Shown one piece after another: positions 9,016 to 18,050 of a stretch of 64,000 nt of DNA (within the stretch, counting starts at the first letter, position 1; each line of letters opens with the position of its first letter). The notes beneath the pieces were generated by a model. It had not been told where the DNA came from and ran no database searches. It was given only the letters and a program-made list of their open reading frames with translations. Source of the stretch: Gammaproteobacteria bacterium (GTDB taxonomy: Bacteria > Pseudomonadota > Gammaproteobacteria > GCA-002705445 > GCA-002716945); the NCBI GenBank assembly GCA_045561295.1, contig JBJKYD010000010.1:92125-156124 (forward strand), written 5' to 3'. Made by a program: the position numbers and the translations under genes.

Positions 9016-10233
9016 TCACCATTTTTTCTCGAGTTTTTTACGCAAATAAATTGCGGTAAGATTAAGTAGAATTAAAAAAGTAAGCAACACCATAATGGCA
9101 GCAGAGGTTCGCTCAGTGAACGCACGCTCAGGACTATCAGCCCATAAATAAATTTGAACAGGTAATGCAGTTGATGCATCCATAGGACCACCTGGGACAT
9201 CTACTACAAAGGCAACCATGCCTATCATTAATAAAGGAGCAGTCTCGCCTATCGCTTGTGCTATACCTATAATCGTCCCTGTCAAAATACCAGGCATCGC
9301 TAAGGGAAGTGTAAAGCCAAATATTGTTTGTACTTTGCTAGCCCCCATTCCTATAGCTGCTTCTTCAATAGAAGGAGGAACAGATTTAATAGCGGCTCTT
9401 GCTGCAATAACTATTGTTGGCAATGTCATTAATGCAAGAGTTAATCCTCCAACTAAAGGAGCAGATCTGGGTAATTCAAAAAAATTTAAAAAGATTGCGA
9501 GCCCGAGCAAACCAAATACTATAGATGGAACCGCGGCTAAATTATTTATATTTGTTTCTATCAAATCAGAAAATCTATTTTTTGATGCAATTTTTTCCAG
9601 ATATACTGCAGCCATAACTGCCAGAGGAAATGAAACCAGGAATGCAATTAATATAGAATACAAAGAGCCTATGATAGCACCTCTGATACCTGCCATTTCG
9701 GGCTCTCGACTATCAGCTGATGATAGTAGATACTTGTTGGACTGGAGTTCTATCAAATTTTTAGATTCGAGCTGATCAACAAATTTCATTTGATTTTCAT
9801 CAATTCTTCCTGCGGTATCTCCTTGTCTTTTGACGGTACCTTTTATGTACATATCTAAATCTGCAGAAGCTAAAAACCAATGGTATCCTTCTATACTTTT
9901 ACCCTCATTTTCATCTAGAAGTTCTTCAAATTCATACCTTGCGCCCTTACTAAGAAGTGATAATGCAGCTCTTCTCTCAGTACGAGATTGTATTTCAGGA
10001 AACATTTTTAAAAAACTTTTATTTAATTCAGCTCTTGGGTTAATTTCACTTTTGTTTATATCAAGAGGGATATTTAAATTGACTGCTACATAAGTTTGTT
10101 TGAAAGCAGAAATTCCCGTTGAAAATATATTGAAAAGAAGAATACCTAAAAAACTTATCGCAACAATAACGGCAGTCATTCCATACATTTGGAATCTTTT
10201 TTCTTTTTTATTTCTTAAAGAGACACTATTCAT
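9016..10233 (-). CDS. pstA: Phosphate ABC transporter permease PstA, long N-terminal form
   Basis: DSREPEMAGI, NINNLAAVPSIVFGLLG and GETAPLL motifs. Confidence 0.95.
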   Translation of the reverse strand: MNSVSLRNKKEKRFQMYGMTAVIVAISFLGILLFNIFSTGISAFKQTYVAVNLNIPLDINKSEINPRAELNKSFLKMFPEIQSRTERRAALSLLSKGARYEFEELLDENEGKSIEGYHWFLASADLDMYIKGTVKRQGDTAGRIDENQMKFVDQLESKNLIELQSNKYLLSSADSREPEMAGIRGAIIGSLYSILIAFLVSFPLAVMAAVYLEKIASKNRFSDLIETNINNLAAVPSIVFGLLGLAIFLNFFELPRSAPLVGGLTLALMTLPTIVIAARAAIKSVPPSIEEAAIGMGASKVQTIFGFTLPLAMPGILTGTIIGIAQAIGETAPLLMIGMVAFVVDVPGGPMDASTALPVQIYLWADSPERAFTERTSAAIMVLLTFLILLNLTAIYLRKKLEKKW

Positions 10234-11593
10234 ATTGTTCTCTGTATCTTTTAACTATTGTTAGTGATATTACATTCAAGACTAAAGTGATGAAAAATAG
10301 CACGAAGGCTAACGCAAAAGCAGATAATGTTTTTGGGCTGTCAAACTCTTGGTCACCTGTAAGTAATCCAACTATTTGCACTGTAACAGTACTTACGCTA
10401 TCAAAGGGATTGAAGGTGAGATTTGCAGCAAAACCTGCAGCCATCACAACTATCATAGTCTCACCTATTGCACGAGAAAAAGCTAACAAGAAGCTTCCTA
10501 CAATGCCGTGGAATGAAGCTGGTATAATTACTTGTTTTGTGGTCTCTGATAGTGTTGCTCCCATTGCAAGCGAACCCTCTTTAAGTGAACGAGGCACGGC
10601 TGTTAATGCATCATCGGTTAATGATGCCACAAAAGGTATAATCATAATTCCAAGAACAGAACCAGCGATCAATGCGCTTTCTGAACTCATATTCGTAAAA
10701 GATAAAAATGCTCCCATGTCTCTAAAAAATGGGGCGACAGTTATCACGGCAAAGAACCCGTAGACTACTGTTGGAATACCAGCAAGTATCTCAATAATTG
10801 GTTTTGCATAGTTTCTTACTTTGTCAGAGGCATATTGAGAAAGATAAATTGCAGAAAACATGCCTATGGGGGCAGCCACTGCCATTGCAATAAATGCAAT
10901 AAGGAGCGTTCCTGTAAAAACTGGAACGGCACCAAAGCTACCTGAAGATCCGACTTGGTCAGCTCTTATTGCCATCTGAGGGCTCCAATGTAATCCAAAT
11001 AAAAAATCAAAGACATTAACAGAATCAAAAAATCTAAGAGTTTCAAATAACAATGACATAACAATACCAATGGTTACAAATATTGCAAAAATTGCAGAGG
11101 CTCGCATAACAAAAACGACTACTTTTTCTATATAATCTCTAGCTTTAAATTGAACCTCAACAAATTTCAATGAGTATCTAAAAAACATTAGGGTTAGCGT
11201 CAAGACAACAATGAACTGCAGGATCTTATTGTTGTATTGCAATGATTGATAATGTTCTACCGCTGGCAAAAAGCCTACATGATCAATTATTCTATCTGAT
11301 GATCCTTCTACATAAGCTATAACCCCATCTGTATAAAATCTTACTAACCCACTGTCAGTTACATCTGAAAAAAATTCTTTGAGAGTAATATTGGTTATTA
11401 TATTTACAATAAATGACCAGGAGATTAATAATATAATTGCAGGGACTAGAGTCATGAAAGCTGAATATAGACCATGATAATGTGGTTGGGAATGCATTAT
11501 GTTAACCTCAGATAATGCATTGGCCTTGCTCTTATTGAGTACAAAGCCATATACAGCAAGAGCAATAATTAAGATGAGTAGGAATTCAGTCAT
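10226..11593 (-). CDS. pstC: Phosphate ABC transporter permease PstC, long N-terminal form
   Basis: HSQPHYHG, WSPQMAIRADQVGSSGSFG, EILAGIPTVVYG and SRAIGETMIV motifs. Confidence 0.95.
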   Translation of the reverse strand: MTEFLLILIIALAVYGFVLNKSKANALSEVNIMHSQPHYHGLYSAFMTLVPAIILLISWSFIVNIITNITLKEFFSDVTDSGLVRFYTDGVIAYVEGSSDRIIDHVGFLPAVEHYQSLQYNNKILQFIVVLTLTLMFFRYSLKFVEVQFKARDYIEKVVVFVMRASAIFAIFVTIGIVMSLLFETLRFFDSVNVFDFLFGLHWSPQMAIRADQVGSSGSFGAVPVFTGTLLIAFIAMAVAAPIGMFSAIYLSQYASDKVRNYAKPIIEILAGIPTVVYGFFAVITVAPFFRDMGAFLSFTNMSSESALIAGSVLGIMIIPFVASLTDDALTAVPRSLKEGSLAMGATLSETTKQVIIPASFHGIVGSFLLAFSRAIGETMIVVMAAGFAANLTFNPFDSVSTVTVQIVGLLTGDQEFDSPKTLSAFALAFVLFFITLVLNVISLTIVKRYREQYE

Positions 11594-11609
11594 ATCTTTT
11601 AGTTAACTG

Positions 11610-11643
11610 ATGTTAAGTCTTCAATGTTACAGTTGTGTTAAAT
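11610..11643 (-). promoter_or_regulatory. Internal PhoB-type promoter for pstC
   Basis: Minus strand ATTTAAC-acaa-CTGTAAC (11643-11626), exactly 10 nt, then -10 TAACAT (11615-11610), the standard Pho box to -10 geometry. Confidence 0.65.
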
Positions 11644-11648
11644 ATGCC

Positions 11649-12290
11649 TTAACTTCTGATGTAATTATATGTCTTGGTTGCTAAATAAGCTCCAATGAGC
11701 TGAGCGAAGATGAATCCAATTATATTGGTAGGATCTATCCCTGTATAGGTGTCAGTAAACGAACGCGCAATTGTAATTGCTGGATTAGCAAATGAGGTTG
11801 AGGAAGTGAAAAAGTATCCCGCCCCTATATAAACACCTACAATAACACCAACTGATAAATCATTTCTTTTCTGGGACATGCAAATGATAAAAACCAATAA
11901 AAATGAAGCAATGATCTCTGAAAAGATAATATTTCCTCCACTCCTGTCTTTCGTACTAAAATCAAGAATACTCATATCAAACATGATATGAACAAAAACT
12001 ACACCTACTATAGCCCCCAACACATGACTAAGAACATATCTAAAAAAATCTATTTTTTCTAACTTGCCTTGCATATAAAAACTCAAGGATACTGCAGGAT
12101 TAAAATGTGCTCCGGATATTTCTCTAAAAGTCATGATAATCACAATAAGAATAGCTGCTGTTGAAACTGAGTTTATTAATAAAGTGATGCCCTCAATACC
12201 TTCGCTTATGTTTTGAGCCATAATGCCACTTCCTACAACACCCATAGTAAGGATCATCATGCCAAGAAACTCTGATATTATTTTTTTCAT
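11649..12290 (-). CDS. aqpS: MIP-family channel of the arsenic-associated AqpS type
   Basis: Two NPA motifs: SGAHFNPAVS and FTSSTSFANPAITIARSFTDTYTGI, the second typical of ars-operon aquaglyceroporins. Confidence 0.8.
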   Translation of the reverse strand: MKKIISEFLGMMILTMGVVGSGIMAQNISEGIEGITLLINSVSTAAILIVIIMTFREISGAHFNPAVSLSFYMQGKLEKIDFFRYVLSHVLGAIVGVVFVHIMFDMSILDFSTKDRSGGNIIFSEIIASFLLVFIICMSQKRNDLSVGVIVGVYIGAGYFFTSSTSFANPAITIARSFTDTYTGIDPTNIIGFIFAQLIGAYLATKTYNYIRS

Positions 12291-12300
12291 AAATATAATG

Positions 12301-12331
12301 AAGTATCGCCTGATTTAATCAGGCGATACTT
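12301..12331. terminator. Perfect inverted repeat after pstS (mRNA stabiliser or leaky terminator)
   Basis: AAGTATCGCCTGAT-tta-ATCAGGCGATACTT; only a weak U tract on the coding (minus) strand. Confidence 0.7.
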
Positions 12332-12350
12332 TTAAGTTATATGGAGTTAA

Positions 12351-13388
12351 TTAACGAACCAGTTTTGCAAGTGATTTTGCATCACTTTGAAACTTAGCTC
12401 GTGTACTAGCTGGTAAAGGTATTAAACCTTTATCAACTAAGTAGCCATCATTTCCTACAGCATCGTCTTTCATGAAAAATTCCATGTATTCTTGAACGCC
12501 AGGAATAACACCCACGTGATCTTTTTTCACATAAAAGAACAGTGAACGTGATACTTTATAATCACCAGATGCAATAGCATCAAATGTTGGAGCTACTCCA
12601 TCGATAACCGCTCCTTTTACTTTGTCTTTATTCTGGTCTAAGAAACTGAATCCAAATACACCGAATGAGTCTTTATTTGAAGTAAGTTTTTGGATAATTA
12701 AGTTATCATTCTCACCTGCTTCAACGTATGGTCCATCTTCACGAACTGTACGGCAAAGTTTTTTCCATGCTTTTTTATTCTTTTTCTTTAATTTCTTGAT
12801 CCAAGCAATCTTACTGCATCCACCGCTTAGAGCAATTTCAGCAAACGCATCTCTTGTACCAGATGTAGGCGGAGGTCCATAAACCACTATAGGTATATTA
12901 GGAAGTCCAGCTCTAACTTGATTCCATGTTTTGTATGGATTTGGGCCAGTGACTCCGTCCATGATACCAATGGGCACTTCTTTAGCTAGTGCTAAATATA
13001 AATCCTTTCTAGTAAGCTGCACTGTTGGACCGCTTTTTGCATTCGCTACAACGATGCCATCAAAACCAATTTTCATCTCAGTAATATCTGTAATGCCATT
13101 TTTTGCACACAGCTTTACTTCTTTCATCTTAATTCTTCTTGATGCATTAGTAATGTCAGGTGTTGATGGACCTTTACCTGCACAGAATAATTTAAGACCA
13201 CCACCAGAACCTGTAGATTCAATGATAGGCGCTTTAAAACCATTGTCAGCTCTTCCGAATTCTTCAGCTACAACAGTCGCAAAAGGATAAACGGTAGAGG
13301 ATCCAACGATCTTGATTGTATCTCTTGCTTCGACACTTGATACACCTAGTGCAACCAAAAATGTCAATGCTATTGATAAATTTTTCAT
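12351..13388 (-). CDS. pstS: Phosphate ABC transporter substrate-binding protein
   Basis: Signal peptide, IVGSSTVYPF, ESTGSGGGLKLFC, GPPPTSGTRDAF and GENDNLI motifs. Confidence 0.96.
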   Translation of the reverse strand: MKNLSIALTFLVALGVSSVEARDTIKIVGSSTVYPFATVVAEEFGRADNGFKAPIIESTGSGGGLKLFCAGKGPSTPDITNASRRIKMKEVKLCAKNGITDITEMKIGFDGIVVANAKSGPTVQLTRKDLYLALAKEVPIGIMDGVTGPNPYKTWNQVRAGLPNIPIVVYGPPPTSGTRDAFAEIALSGGCSKIAWIKKLKKKNKKAWKKLCRTVREDGPYVEAGENDNLIIQKLTSNKDSFGVFGFSFLDQNKDKVKGAVIDGVAPTFDAIASGDYKVSRSLFFYVKKDHVGVIPGVQEYMEFFMKDDAVGNDGYLVDKGLIPLPASTRAKFQSDAKSLAKLVR

Positions 13389-13434
13389 GTTGTCTCCATA
13401 TATAAATTAAGTAGTCTGATTACACAAGATGCGC

Positions 13435-13474
13435 ATGAAGTAGAAATTAAATATTTATTACAGATTTATGAATC
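13435..13474 (-). promoter_or_regulatory. Pho box array upstream of pstS, overlapping the phoR stop codon
   Basis: Minus strand GATTCAT-aaat-CTGTAAT-aaat-ATTTAAT-ttct-ACTTCAT in 11-bp phase; the first 18 bp differ at two positions from the porin site. Confidence 0.8.
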
Positions 13475-14689
13475 TGAGCTAAACTTAGGTAAATCTACTG
13501 TGAAAGTAGAGCCAACACCTTCTTCGCTTGAGATAGATAAATCACCAGCATGTCTGTTTACTATATGTTTTACTATTGATAATCCAAGGCCTGAACTATT
13601 TTTTTTATATTTATTTGCTGTTTTGGATCTGAAGAATCTCTCAGAAACTCTCAATATGTCATCTTTGGGTATTCCATGTCCTTGATCGGTAATTTTAAAT
13701 TCTATGTTCTTATCTTTATCGGATAGCGATATCTTAATCTCAGTACCAGAATCACTATAGGTGATAGCATTATCTAATAAATTTTCAAAAATTTCTGTAA
13801 TTTGATCTTGATTGCCCTTTACATAAAAATTTTCTTGATTGTAGTCTCTATCAAATGAAATACTGATCTTTTTCTTATCTGCCATTGATTGAACAGAATC
13901 GCATGCTGAGCTGCAGCATAGCCACAAGTCAACTTTTTCATTTGGTATTTGATACTCTGACTCTTCTACACGGGACAGTGAAAGCGTATCATTTACCAGT
14001 CTCTGCATTCTCTCTGCTTCTGTCTGAATAATATTCAAGAATTTTTCTTTTTTTGATTCATCATTTTTAGCAGGTCCATTGATAGTTTCAATGAATCCTA
14101 TTATGGCAGTCAGGGGTGTTTTAAGCTCATGGCTCACATTTGAGACAAAATCAGATTTAACTTTTTCTGCCATCTTTTGAGACGTTTTATCTATCATCAG
14201 TACTAGAGCATATTTATCTTTTTTAATTGTCAGAGGAAATACTTGAGCTTGCATATATTTATGTACTTGATCATAAATTATGAAATCAATATCACCCTTT
14301 TTGTTATTAACGAGAGCATCGCTAAGTGCAGTATTAAGTTCATTTGATCTCAAACATAACGATAAATTCATGCCATTAGCATCTTTACCAATGTATGAGT
14401 TAAATGCAACATTTGATTGAGTTATAGTATATGAACTGTCAATAATTATCATTGGAAATGTATTTTGATTAAATACGCTTTTATCTTTTTCTGATAAAAA
14501 GAAATCCTTCTTTATATTTTTATTATCGACTCTTACAACAAATTTTTTATTTTTGTCTTCTTTTTTTAATGCTAGGGAATATATTAAGATATAAAAAAAT
14601 GATACAACAAAAACAAAGGCTAAAGAGACATCATTAAGTAAAGCAAGTGACAAGGTAATAAGTATTATCGATATAATGCCTGCAATCAT
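13466..14689 (-). CDS. phoR: Phosphate sensor histidine kinase PhoR
   Basis: N-terminal membrane anchor, PAS-like region, H-box FVSNVSHELKTPLT, N-box ENLLDNAITY and G-boxes DQGHGI, SGLGLSIVKH. Confidence 0.93.
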   Translation of the reverse strand: MIAGIISIILITLSLALLNDVSLAFVFVVSFFYILIYSLALKKEDKNKKFVVRVDNKNIKKDFFLSEKDKSVFNQNTFPMIIIDSSYTITQSNVAFNSYIGKDANGMNLSLCLRSNELNTALSDALVNNKKGDIDFIIYDQVHKYMQAQVFPLTIKKDKYALVLMIDKTSQKMAEKVKSDFVSNVSHELKTPLTAIIGFIETINGPAKNDESKKEKFLNIIQTEAERMQRLVNDTLSLSRVEESEYQIPNEKVDLWLCCSSACDSVQSMADKKKISISFDRDYNQENFYVKGNQDQITEIFENLLDNAITYSDSGTEIKISLSDKDKNIEFKITDQGHGIPKDDILRVSERFFRSKTANKYKKNSSGLGLSIVKHIVNRHAGDLSISSEEGVGSTFTVDLPKFSSDS

Positions 14690-14749
14690 AATAGCTAGCT
14701 GATTTTTACTATTGAATATAACGAGTTCATGATAATATTTAAAACCATA

Positions 14750-14767
14750 ATATCAGATATATGACAG
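14750..14767 (-). promoter_or_regulatory. Pho box facing phoR and covering the start codon of the divergent gene
   Basis: Minus strand CTGTCAT-ATAT-CTGATAT; the perfect half-site is the ATGACAG that starts the 371-aa ORF. Confidence 0.6.
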
Positions 14768-15876
14768 ATATAATATTCCACAAATCAAGTAAATACATCG
14801 AAGATGACATAGACTATTATGCATCAGACACTCGCGATAAACACGGTGCTGTAAAACCAAGTAAGAATATCAAAAGCTATACATTGGATTCAGATAGTTT
14901 TGATAATGACGCTGAGCTACCATCTTTATACTATCCGTTTCAAAAACATTCTATAGATAGAGTTTATCTAGGAATTAGTTTTCCGCTTTATGCCAATAAT
15001 TGGGGTGCAGAATTTTTAAGATATCTTATGTATGTAATTAAAAAAGATGGAGCGGTAATATTTCCAGTTTACGCTGAAAGACAAGGTGTTGAGAAAAACT
15101 ATTGGTCGAGAAGTATTCTAGAAGTTGCTTTCCAAAGCAGGCAGAAATGGTGGGGTATGAGTAATATATGGGCGGAGAATGATGGCGTAATGTCAATGCG
15201 TATCGGTAAGAAAGAGCCTAAGGTTCGTAATAGTACTTTTACTTATTTTATTGATAAGGCATTGCCTAAACTTTATCAAGAAAATAAATTAAATGAATTA
15301 CAAAATGAAATAGATAATCAAAATGAAAATTTACGTCTCAGTGCAGTCGTTGAGAAAATAATTCTTGATAACCACGGAAGAAATAAAAAAATCAACCTTG
15401 GAGTTCTCAGTAATAGTAACTTACTTGGCATGGAATTAGCATGCAGTGATTATATGAATATCAAAAAAACAAAAGTCTATTCCTCTAATGAAGATAATAT
15501 TGATGCTTATTCTGAGTACCTTCCTAAAGATACGGCATCAAGTTTCAATCGTTTGATTGGCAATTTAAATGAGTGTGACTTTGATAGTGAACATAATGTA
15601 TTTTTAATAGATGAAAAATTTTGTAATGAAGATTTAAGTAAACATATAATAGGTAAAGCTCTTGATAGTCTTCAAAATGATGGATTCATTATTATAGTGA
15701 ATAGACATATACAAAATAATTATAAATCATCGGATTATTCTCATACCGTAGGTACAAAACTTAAAACTGGCTATGATATACCACACTACTCTGATCTTAT
15801 TTTTGATGAGCTTAAAGCTGAAAATGAAAATAGAGAGTCAGCAGTTCAAGTAATACATAAAAAAGACAATGTATGA
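14761..15876 (+). CDS. Hypothetical protein, possibly two degenerate class I SAM-methyltransferase-fold domains
   Basis: 371-aa ORF overlapping the next gene; YPFQKHSIDRVY...FLRYLMYVIKKDGAVIF and GNLNECDFDSEHNVFLID...KALDSLQNDGFIII resemble MTase motifs II-III; no intact GxGxG. Confidence 0.55.
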   Translation: MTDIIFHKSSKYIEDDIDYYASDTRDKHGAVKPSKNIKSYTLDSDSFDNDAELPSLYYPFQKHSIDRVYLGISFPLYANNWGAEFLRYLMYVIKKDGAVIFPVYAERQGVEKNYWSRSILEVAFQSRQKWWGMSNIWAENDGVMSMRIGKKEPKVRNSTFTYFIDKALPKLYQENKLNELQNEIDNQNENLRLSAVVEKIILDNHGRNKKINLGVLSNSNLLGMELACSDYMNIKKTKVYSSNEDNIDAYSEYLPKDTASSFNRLIGNLNECDFDSEHNVFLIDEKFCNEDLSKHIIGKALDSLQNDGFIIIVNRHIQNNYKSSDYSHTVGTKLKTGYDIPHYSDLIFDELKAENENRESAVQVIHKKDNV

Positions 15877-17200
15877 TTTTCTAAATACTTTAAGTGGTTT
15901 GATATGGGGCCCTATTACACTTATATTGATTTTAGGTACAGGAATCTTTCTAAGTCTTGGGCTTAAAGGATTTACTTTTACGTATATCCTCGTAGCTTTC
16001 AAACAAATCTTCAAAAAAGATGAAAAAGCCACTGATGGAGAAATCACATCTTTCCAATCCTTAACAACTGCTTTGTCTGCAACAGTTGGAACAGGAAATA
16101 TTGCTGGAGTTGCTACGGCAATTTATATTGGAGGACCAGGTGCAGTATTTTGGATGTGGGTGTCTGCTTTATTTGGTATGGCGACAAAATATGCTGAAGC
16201 ATTCCTTGCTATTAAGTACAGAGAGAAAAATGCAAATGGTGAAACTGTTGGTGGGCCAATGTATTATATTAAAAATGGATTATCAAAAAACTATATAATT
16301 TTTGCCTATCTATTTGCTCTTGCAGGTATGATTGCAGCTTTAGGAATTGGTAATGGAGTACAAGTCAATTCTGTATCACAAGTTATTGAAAGTGAATTTG
16401 GTATCTCAGCTTTTACCGTTGGAATTTTTATAGCTTTATTGGTTGCACTTGTAATTCTTGGAGGTATCAAATCCATTGGCAAAATCACATCCAAATTAGT
16501 ACCTCTTATGTCAGCCATATACATACTCGGCGGTCTATGGATTATCGTTCTTAACTATACCGAAGTTACATATATATTTAATCTAATTACTACATCTGCA
16601 TTTACATCCACTGCAGCAACCGGTGGTTTTGCAGGTGCAACAGTTTGGATGGCATTGCGTTATGGAGTTGCAAGAGGTGTATTTTCAAATGAGGCCGGTT
16701 TAGGAAGCTCGCCAATTGCTCATGCTGCAGCCAATACCAATAATCCTGCTAAACAAGGGATGATTTCAATGCTTGAACCACTTATTGATACTCTAATAGT
16801 TTGTACGATCACAGCTTTTGTTATTTTAATGAGTAATTTATGGATAGGAGAAATTAATGGAGCTGTCTTAACGGTTGCATCTTTTGAACAATTATTAAGT
16901 AATGGTAAATACATTGTTATTTTTGGATTAATTTTATTTTCATTTAGTACCATTATCGGATGGAGTTATTATGGTGAAAAATGTGCTGAATTTTTATTCG
17001 GATCACAAATAATAATCTACTACAGAATATTATGGGTAATAATTATACCTGTAGCAGCTATTATAGAATTGAATCTAATGTGGCTGATTGCAGATATTAT
17101 GAACGGGCTAATGGCATTACCTAATTTAATTGCATTAATTTTATTGGGTCCAATGATATTTATAAAAACAAAAGAGTTAAAAGATACTTTCAAAGCCTGA
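15869..17200 (+). CDS. Alanine/glycine:cation symporter (AGCS family)
   Basis: SATVGTGNIAGVA, GGPGAVFWMW, GGPMYY, RGVFSNEAGLGS and DTLIVCTITA motifs. Confidence 0.95.
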   Translation: MYDFLNTLSGLIWGPITLILILGTGIFLSLGLKGFTFTYILVAFKQIFKKDEKATDGEITSFQSLTTALSATVGTGNIAGVATAIYIGGPGAVFWMWVSALFGMATKYAEAFLAIKYREKNANGETVGGPMYYIKNGLSKNYIIFAYLFALAGMIAALGIGNGVQVNSVSQVIESEFGISAFTVGIFIALLVALVILGGIKSIGKITSKLVPLMSAIYILGGLWIIVLNYTEVTYIFNLITTSAFTSTAATGGFAGATVWMALRYGVARGVFSNEAGLGSSPIAHAAANTNNPAKQGMISMLEPLIDTLIVCTITAFVILMSNLWIGEINGAVLTVASFEQLLSNGKYIVIFGLILFSFSTIIGWSYYGEKCAEFLFGSQIIIYYRILWVIIIPVAAIIELNLMWLIADIMNGLMALPNLIALILLGPMIFIKTKELKDTFKA

Positions 17201-17204
17201 CCTG

Positions 17205-18011
17205 ATGAATAGAGATAAGCACATTAAACTAGCACTGGATGAGGATTGTTGCAGACAAGATGTAACAACAAAACTTCTCCCCATACATAGGAAGTGCAAA
17301 GCCATAATTAAAATTAAAGAAACATCTCATGTCTATGGAATAAGATGGCTTGAACAAGTATTCAAAAAAATTGATAAAAAAATAAAAATTAAGTTTTATA
17401 TTAAAGACGGTCAGTATACTAAGAAAAATACAATCATAGCTGAAATTATTGGTTCAAATCACTCTCTTCTTAAAGCAGAACGTGTAGCTCTAAATTACCT
17501 TCAGGCTATGTCCGGAACTTACGATCTTTGTAAGAGATTTCAAAAAAAAATTAAGCATACAAAAATTAAATTACTTCACACAAGAAAAACTCTTCCATTA
17601 TTTAGGTCTCCATTGAAAGAAGCATGTATTGCAGCTGGGTGTATGCCTCATAGAGAAGACTTATCCACAGCTGTTCTTATTAAGGAAAATCATTTGAAGT
17701 TTACAACTACCCCAATTGAGTTAATTAAGAAAGCTATTGCAAATAATAAAAAAGTAGTTGTTGAGGCAAAAACACTCAAGTTTGCTAAAAGTTTAGACCA
17801 ATTAAAGATAGATAGAGTGTTACTGGATAATTTCACACCATTGATGTTGAAAAAGTTTATTCAATGTAACTTAAACTTAAAAATAGAAGTATCTGGTTCG
17901 ATCAATCTAAAGAATATACAAAAATTTGCTATCAAGGGTGTCCACTATATCTCTATAGGTGCGCTAACAAAAAATATAGAATCGAAAGATTTCTCTATGT
18001 TGATAGTGTAA
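17205..18011 (+). CDS. nadC: Quinolinate phosphoribosyltransferase
   Basis: AERVALNYLQAMSG, TRKT, LIKENH, VLLDNF, EVSGSI and ISIGALT motifs. Confidence 0.93.
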   Translation: MNRDKHIKLALDEDCCRQDVTTKLLPIHRKCKAIIKIKETSHVYGIRWLEQVFKKIDKKIKIKFYIKDGQYTKKNTIIAEIIGSNHSLLKAERVALNYLQAMSGTYDLCKRFQKKIKHTKIKLLHTRKTLPLFRSPLKEACIAAGCMPHREDLSTAVLIKENHLKFTTTPIELIKKAIANNKKVVVEAKTLKFAKSLDQLKIDRVLLDNFTPLMLKKFIQCNLNLKIEVSGSINLKNIQKFAIKGVHYISIGALTKNIESKDFSMLIV

Positions 18012-18050
18012 GTATACGCTAGTCTTACAAGCTGATATAATAAATTGCGA

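Noticed and set aside
14761-15876. Orphan as the arsenite methyltransferase ArsM
   Set aside because: No DLGSG-type motif I and no recognisable ArsM cysteine pattern; proximity to ars genes is not enough.
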